A stretch of DNA of 64,000 bases from the human T2T-CHM13v2.0 reference genome, Homo sapiens. Location of the stretch: assembly GCF_009914755.1 (NCBI RefSeq), contig NC_060935.1. One strand, 5' to 3'. A program made the translations under genes and the position numbers. The number at the start of each line of letters is the position of its first letter. Within the stretch, counting starts at the first letter, position 1. Shown here one piece after another: positions 57,991 to 64,000 of the stretch. Below the pieces are notes generated by a model. It had not been told where the DNA came from and did not search any database. It worked only from the letters and a program-made list of their open reading frames with translations.

Positions 57991-60879
57991 CCTCCCAAAC
58001 AAAATTCAGAGTGTGTCAAAGGGAAAAGGTTTGTCATGGTATTGATCAAAACACTTGGAGTCAACACTGTCTACCTTAGCTTAGCACGTGTGCTGTTTTG
58101 ATCTTGAGTCTATATTAATGGAATCTGTTGTTGTGTTTTGAAATGGAGAATTTTGGATATACCATTATTTTTTTACTTTTAAGTCCCAGAAACAATTTCA
58201 GAAAGCATTATTTTGTTTTGTTTTCTGGGATGGGAGAAGAGAGAATCTACAGATTTGTATTTAGTTAAAAATCAAAACTCCAGCAATAGGAAATAGGCAG
58301 TTCACATAGCCGGCCAACATTTGAGGTATCATCAGTGTGAGACAAGGTCCCGGTCTGTTCCTACTGGCCTAGCTGACGCTAACAAAATGGGAGGCTTATG
58401 GCTCTGCACAGCAAATTCCAGCAAGATAAGATGACTTTAAGCCTGTATTCAGAGCCTTAGAAGCAGGGCACTACTGAGAATGTAATATTTAGAGGTAAAA
58501 ATAGTGCAAGAGCCCCTGATGGTACCCCTCTACCTGCTTTGTCCATGCAGCCTGATCGTAACTGCCTTCCACAAAGGATCAGAAAAACACCTCTTCTGGA
58601 TCAGTCCACTAAACCCAGCCAAGAATCTGCAGAAATGCTGCTACACCGCTTCACCAGCAACACAGTCCCTGCGCTACTCACTGCGTTGCCCAACGTTGCT
58701 TTTCTACCCTGTTATGGCCTGTGGACACATACTCACTAGGCATCATCGCTGGTTTTAAACCAGGGATATTTTTTAATCTCAAAAGAACCTAGTAATAACA
58801 AGGCAATCAATGGTTAAACTGAACTTTACATATAGGGGGCAGTTTGGAAAACACCACAAGCATTTCTCAAGTCGAAAATATGTGAATTCGCTGCTATTTC
58901 TTTGACCGTTTCTGAACATTCACAGTACAAGTCCTAAAATAAAAATTTTAAGCTACCAGCATTCTCTGATACTAGACAGAAAATCAGAGTAACGCTACAG
59001 CCCACAATTGTACAGGGTGTAGAAAGTAGGCCCACTGCCTGGACATCTTTGTTGATGGCCTGGAGTCCTCCCTTTTAGAAGACAAGTTTCTGGGATATCC
59101 ACTTAGTTTCACTGGTTAGGGAAGAGAAGAATTCAACTCTCAGCTAACTTCTTTGAGAAGAGACTCCTCTTAAAATGCCATTTCCCCACTAATTTATCAA
59201 AATAAAACAAAAGGCTCTTGGCTACTTTGTCTAGTATTAGATAGGGTTTTGAGGAAAAGAAGCTAACATGAACACCCTTTCATCAGTAAAGACTAAAAAC
59301 CACCTGGATCATATAATATATCTATATGTCACTGCTTTTATTTATTTAGTTATTTGTTTGTTTATTTATTTAAAAGTGCCCAGGTGGGCTTAAGGCTGCC
59401 AGACTGCACGTACATCTACGGCAACAAGGGCTTCTATTCCATCTACAACTTGCATCAGGGGAAAAAGGGACATGTAGGAGAGGAAGGAAAAAAGGGGAAA
59501 AATACACCACCACCCCTCCCCCCCCAAAAAAGGGAAAAAGATCCCACCACAGGGAGATCTATGTGCCAAGCATAATGAAGAGTGTGCTCCCCAGACAGAT
59601 GGTTCTGCACAGGCTAATGTTCTGCTGGTTTTCCTTAGAGACCTATTTTGAAAAAGTTTAAAAAGACAGATTTCAAAATAATTCAATCCTGGCAGAAATT
59701 CAAACTCCAAAACTAGGAGCAAAATCATCCTTCACTGAATTAATTCCTTTTCTCTTTCTCTTTTCTTAAACATTTTATTCATTTTATAGAGAGATTTCTT
59801 TTTTGTTTGCTTTTGTTCCAATCATGAGGAGAGTGGTTGAGGAGTAGTGAATCCATCACTACTTTGATGACACAGGTAAGATTCCAGATTCACATTTCCA
59901 GGTACCAAGGGTTCCCTCTAAATGCCACAATCAAGTGAGCCTTCATTTACATTTCTTTCTACTGAACACAGCAGTGCCCGTTGGTATCTCTGAAGCGTAA
60001 TCACATCTTAGGTCAGTATTTCTCCAAGTAAAGCAGCTGTTTGGAATTGAAGGCCCCCCTTCTTTTTTGTGTTATAAACTGAACTGCATCTTCGTACTTC
60101 ATTCCATATTCAATCAAAGCAAGTGCAACCAGCACAGGTGCCCTTCCCAATCCCGCAACACAAGGCACTGCAACACAGCCACCTGGCTCTTCACAGAATT
60201 TGGTTTATAACAGGTTTAACCAATCATCTACTATCTGATTAGGGGGTGGAGCTCCATCATCAAATGGCCAATCTAGAAGGTGGATTCTTTCTTTTTCAAC
60301 TGGAGCTTTATCATACGTAGCATCACAAACTCGAACCAAAGTCATCACTCCATACTTCTTAAGTTCCTCTGGGAACTCGTTGAGAGTAGCACTGGTAGGG
60401 TTGTGAGTTACAAGAAAACGCAGGTTCTCACAGGAAATCTCCACAGGGGCTGGACGGTTCATTATGGCAAATGAAAAATGTGAGTGTGCGTGTGAGTGTG
60501 ATGGGAAAAGTGAAAAAAATCAATAAATCAAAATGTTTCACAGCAGAAAACATTAAAAAGACCACTAAAATGCCTATTATCAATCAGTGTTTTCTCTATT
60601 CAACTTGTTTATTCCTTATGAAGCTTCTGTCTTCAAGATAAGCAAAGTATTTAGAATCCACTTGAATCCAAATTCAACTTGGGCCTCAATTTCTGCAGAT
60701 GGATACCTTCGGACTCCAAAAAAATCCAACTACATAAGCAGCCTTTACTACATTTAGGCACTAGTGAGGCAAGTTAAAAGTGTAGGTCGCTTTCCACTTG
60801 TTTCCTTGATGCCTAATTTTACTGGAGTCATTAAAAGAAATATGCTTGCAATTAAAAAAAAAAGCCAGCTATTTCTGAG

Positions 60880-61355
60880 GCCGGTCGGTGTGTCCAGGAG
60901 TGTTCAAGGCAGTGTTAATTATGGCACATAGAACCTCTAAGCTTGTCAGCGAAAACGCTGTGCTGAGCCCGGCAGAAGTCTGCCCTCACACTCAGAATCG
61001 CCGTAAATGTGCAACGTATATTCCAACGAAAAACGCTGGCGAGCGGGGACCGGGCATTGAAGTCCGGCGGTGGCAGGAGCGAGGAGGCGCCCCTCTCCTC
61101 AGTTACCTCTGCGGCAGCGGCGACGACACCCCCCAGCCTCAGCGCGCGACACCCGCCCGGTGGCGGCGGCGCGTCTCCACGAGTCTGTCTTGCTGCTGCT
61201 CCTGCAGCCGCCGCTGCCCTGTGGTGTCGCCTCCCGAGGTGCACGGCTGCCGCCACTGCTGCTCCAGCCGCTCCCGGACGGACAACGGCTACAGCCCGGC
61301 CGATCGTGCCGCCGCCACCGCCGCTGCACGGGCAGCCAAAAGCAGCTCCCGCCCC
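60880..61355. promoter_or_regulatory. Intronic CpG island derived from the PTP4A2 5'UTR
   Basis: Dense CpG and GCC repeats within AT-rich intron. Confidence 0.7.
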
Positions 61356-63535
61356 CTCTTCTCTCTCTCAACTTAGTTCCACATCTTCCCTGGAAGGAAG
61401 AGATGGCTGTGTTGAAGATGACGGTGCCAGCTGCACATCATGTCAGAGGCTTTTTTTAGGTCGCTTCCCTTGCAGACTCATCCAAGATAGCGTTTTACTC
61501 AAACAATGGGATCTCCTTTTAGGCTTCAAGGTCTGATTCATGTTTTCCTTTTCGTACAGATCCTCTTCCCACTTTATTTGTTGCTTTCTTTTTTAGTTCT
61601 GGATAGATTTTAATATTGTATTTCTTCTTATAAGATTATACAATAAAGCAAGAAGTAGGGAGTAAGAGGCAAAACTCCCAGCTTCTGGTTTTTACTTTGT
61701 ACTTGTAGCCATTGACCTCGCTAGCATCCGATCCCCTGTCTGGGACATGAGTGTAGTCATCTTTCCATCGATGGATGCTGGGAAGCTGAATCGGTGTTGA
61801 GAACGTGCTGTGAGACGCAGCACAGAATGTGAGCCCCGACAATACTCAGGAGAATGTACAGCTCGTTCAAGTCCCAGCAGCACTGTGTGCTCATCCTGTA
61901 GCTCCTTCCTGCTTTGCTAATTATCAAAATGTTGGTAGGAGAAAGCACAGTGTCTGCTTTGTTTTTTCTCTACATTAGACATCAGTCCTACAAGCTGGTT
62001 GACAGGCCTCTTCAGAAAAAGCACCCCGATGGGTTCATTTTCCTCTTCAGCAGAATAGTCAACTGATCTACAGGAAGCAGCGTACCTTCACACTTGCTCT
62101 ATGTCAAAATCATGCTCTTTGTGAAACTAAAGGTCTCACTTTCCTCTGTCCTTCTCTCTCTGCACACTGCTGATTGGCTGGCTCCTCATATGTGAAAATT
62201 CGTGTTCTGTATAGCTGGTAGGTTTTCCTGCGACATCCCTTCCCTGTCCCACCCTTGTCTTCCCAGGAAAAGCATAGATTTTCCTTGTGGACAACTGTCC
62301 ATAAAGGTAGAATGCTAGTAATACTTGAGCCTAGAAATTACTTAACCAGATGACAGTAAAACTTAGAAATTGATCCCAAGGTCCTCTGGCTCTCTACCCT
62401 GCATTTGCTTTGCTGAGGCTCTCTAAACAAATGAGGAAAAGGCTGTTGTTCAGAGGTGGTGACTCATATGCAGATGGATGGCCACAGTGCGCTCCATCCC
62501 TGCCATCTCTCTTTGTCATCCTCTGTCTTGCCCATGCTGCAGTGCCTTGCAGATTTGTTTATATGCATGACTTTGTCATCTGTTGCTGAGAGCTGAGGAA
62601 AACCTCCTGACTGGTAAGTGCCTGTGCTGTTTATCTTAGGGCAACCCACATTTCTACATGCTTTAAAGCAGGCTTCAGAACTGGGTTACTTTTTATACAG
62701 AAGTGCATGTTGCCTGAGCCTCTTTATTAGTGTGGTTCAAACATGAGCACACAGATATGGGAGGGATTTTGCTGAGGACTGTGAGTTGGAGATGATTCAG
62801 GAAGTCTATGACAGAGCTAGGATAGCAAAGTCAGTTTCCTGGTCAGGTCTTCCTGTGTAGAAAACTGTGCTAGATACCACTGTGCATGGCAAGGGGCATG
62901 AATCTGGAAGTAAAACTGTCTTCTGTCTAAACTCTGAATCCTAATTTTGTCTCCACTCTAAATCCCACTGATTATTAGCTGTTTAATACCTAGTTCTGGC
63001 CTTAAGGATAATAATAACTTCTCCTTCTCTGTCATTGTGACAGATAAACTGGCACTGATGCATTGTAGGATAGCTTTGCCTTTGGGCCATCTTAGTGTCA
63101 CTTAGCATTTGAGAAATAAGTGGCTAGATTATAGAGAAGGAATTATCAAACTATTATCTCTTGCCACATTTCTGGTCAAGCATGCACACAATAAAAACAA
63201 AACACCAAAGCGTGTAGTTAATCTCTTGCATGAAGTCATAGGAAGAAGAAGAATTGTAGGCATCAGAATGTAATAGAAAGAGTGTTAGACAAGGAGTTTA
63301 AGAATACAGCTTGAAGTGCTGGCTCCATCACTTGGCTGTGGACTATAGGCAAGCCACTTGGCCACATCATCGGTTGTAAATTGGAAATGATACCACTTGC
63401 TCTGACTGTCTTGAAGAGTGACCCTAAGGAATTAATCTGAATCATTTTCACTTCCTTCCCTACTTCTGGAACTATGATGTCTGATGGCCCTGGTTTCAAG
63501 AATAAGAACTAATGCCATTGTAGTGAGTCATTTTA

Positions 63536-63845
<310 letters not shown>

Positions 63846-64000
63846 AAACTTGATGCCTTTGAAAATAAATACAGAATTAGTTTAATATATTTCTAACAAG
63901 TAGGCACAACAGAGAATGGAGTGACAACCGCTGCTCCTAGAATCACATTAAGAAAGGCATAGAAGAGAGGAAACAGAAGAGAGTAAGTGAGGCTGGTCAG

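Larger units (their letters stand above)
57610..61355 (-). pseudogene. PTP4A2P: Processed pseudogene of PTP4A2 (PRL-2 phosphatase), antisense to JAM3; CDS equivalent 59959-60462, plus long 5'UTR and 3'UTR
   Basis: Intronless 504-nt frame [10 protein letters not shown]...GHCCVQ* (CAAX end); stop TAA at codon 86 (60205-60207) and two TGA stops near the C-terminus; P-loop reads PCVAGLGR instead of HCVAGLGR; A-tract at 57610-57620. Confidence 0.93.

Noticed and set aside
60205-60462. Functional PTP4A2 gene
   Set aside because: Intronless, three premature stops and an altered catalytic motif.
60888-61536. Ala/Arg/Pro-rich ORFs on the + strand
   Set aside because: Antisense reading of the GC-rich retrocopied 5'UTR.

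Overview
Human (great-ape-like) genomic DNA containing the promoter, CpG island and first coding exon of JAM3 (junctional adhesion molecule C, + strand; ATG 6025, GT donor 6101), followed by about 58 kb of intron 1. I did not find exon 2 in the window. The intron holds about 25 Alus, three L1PA pieces, older L1/L2/MIR relics, a complete THE1 MaLR provirus, MER4 and MLT2 LTRs, hAT transposon relics, a 1.66-kb 60/86-bp VNTR and an antisense, near full-length processed pseudogene of PTP4A2 (PRL-2). The most notable unannotated structure is a pair of inverted L1PA copies (38.3-43.6 kb +, 49.3-50.7 kb -) with swapped target-site duplications. Each splits an older host repeat into two oppositely oriented halves, which implies an L1-L1 recombination-mediated inversion of the roughly 5.7-kb segment between them; the arms also show signs of gene conversion. 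Also notable: a TSD-flanked orphan retro-insertion (Alu fragment + unique DNA + polyA), an ETS/STAT6-motif VNTR that appears to derive from an L2, and a CpG island imported by the retrocopy. Repeat subfamily names come from recalled consensus sequences and were not computed.
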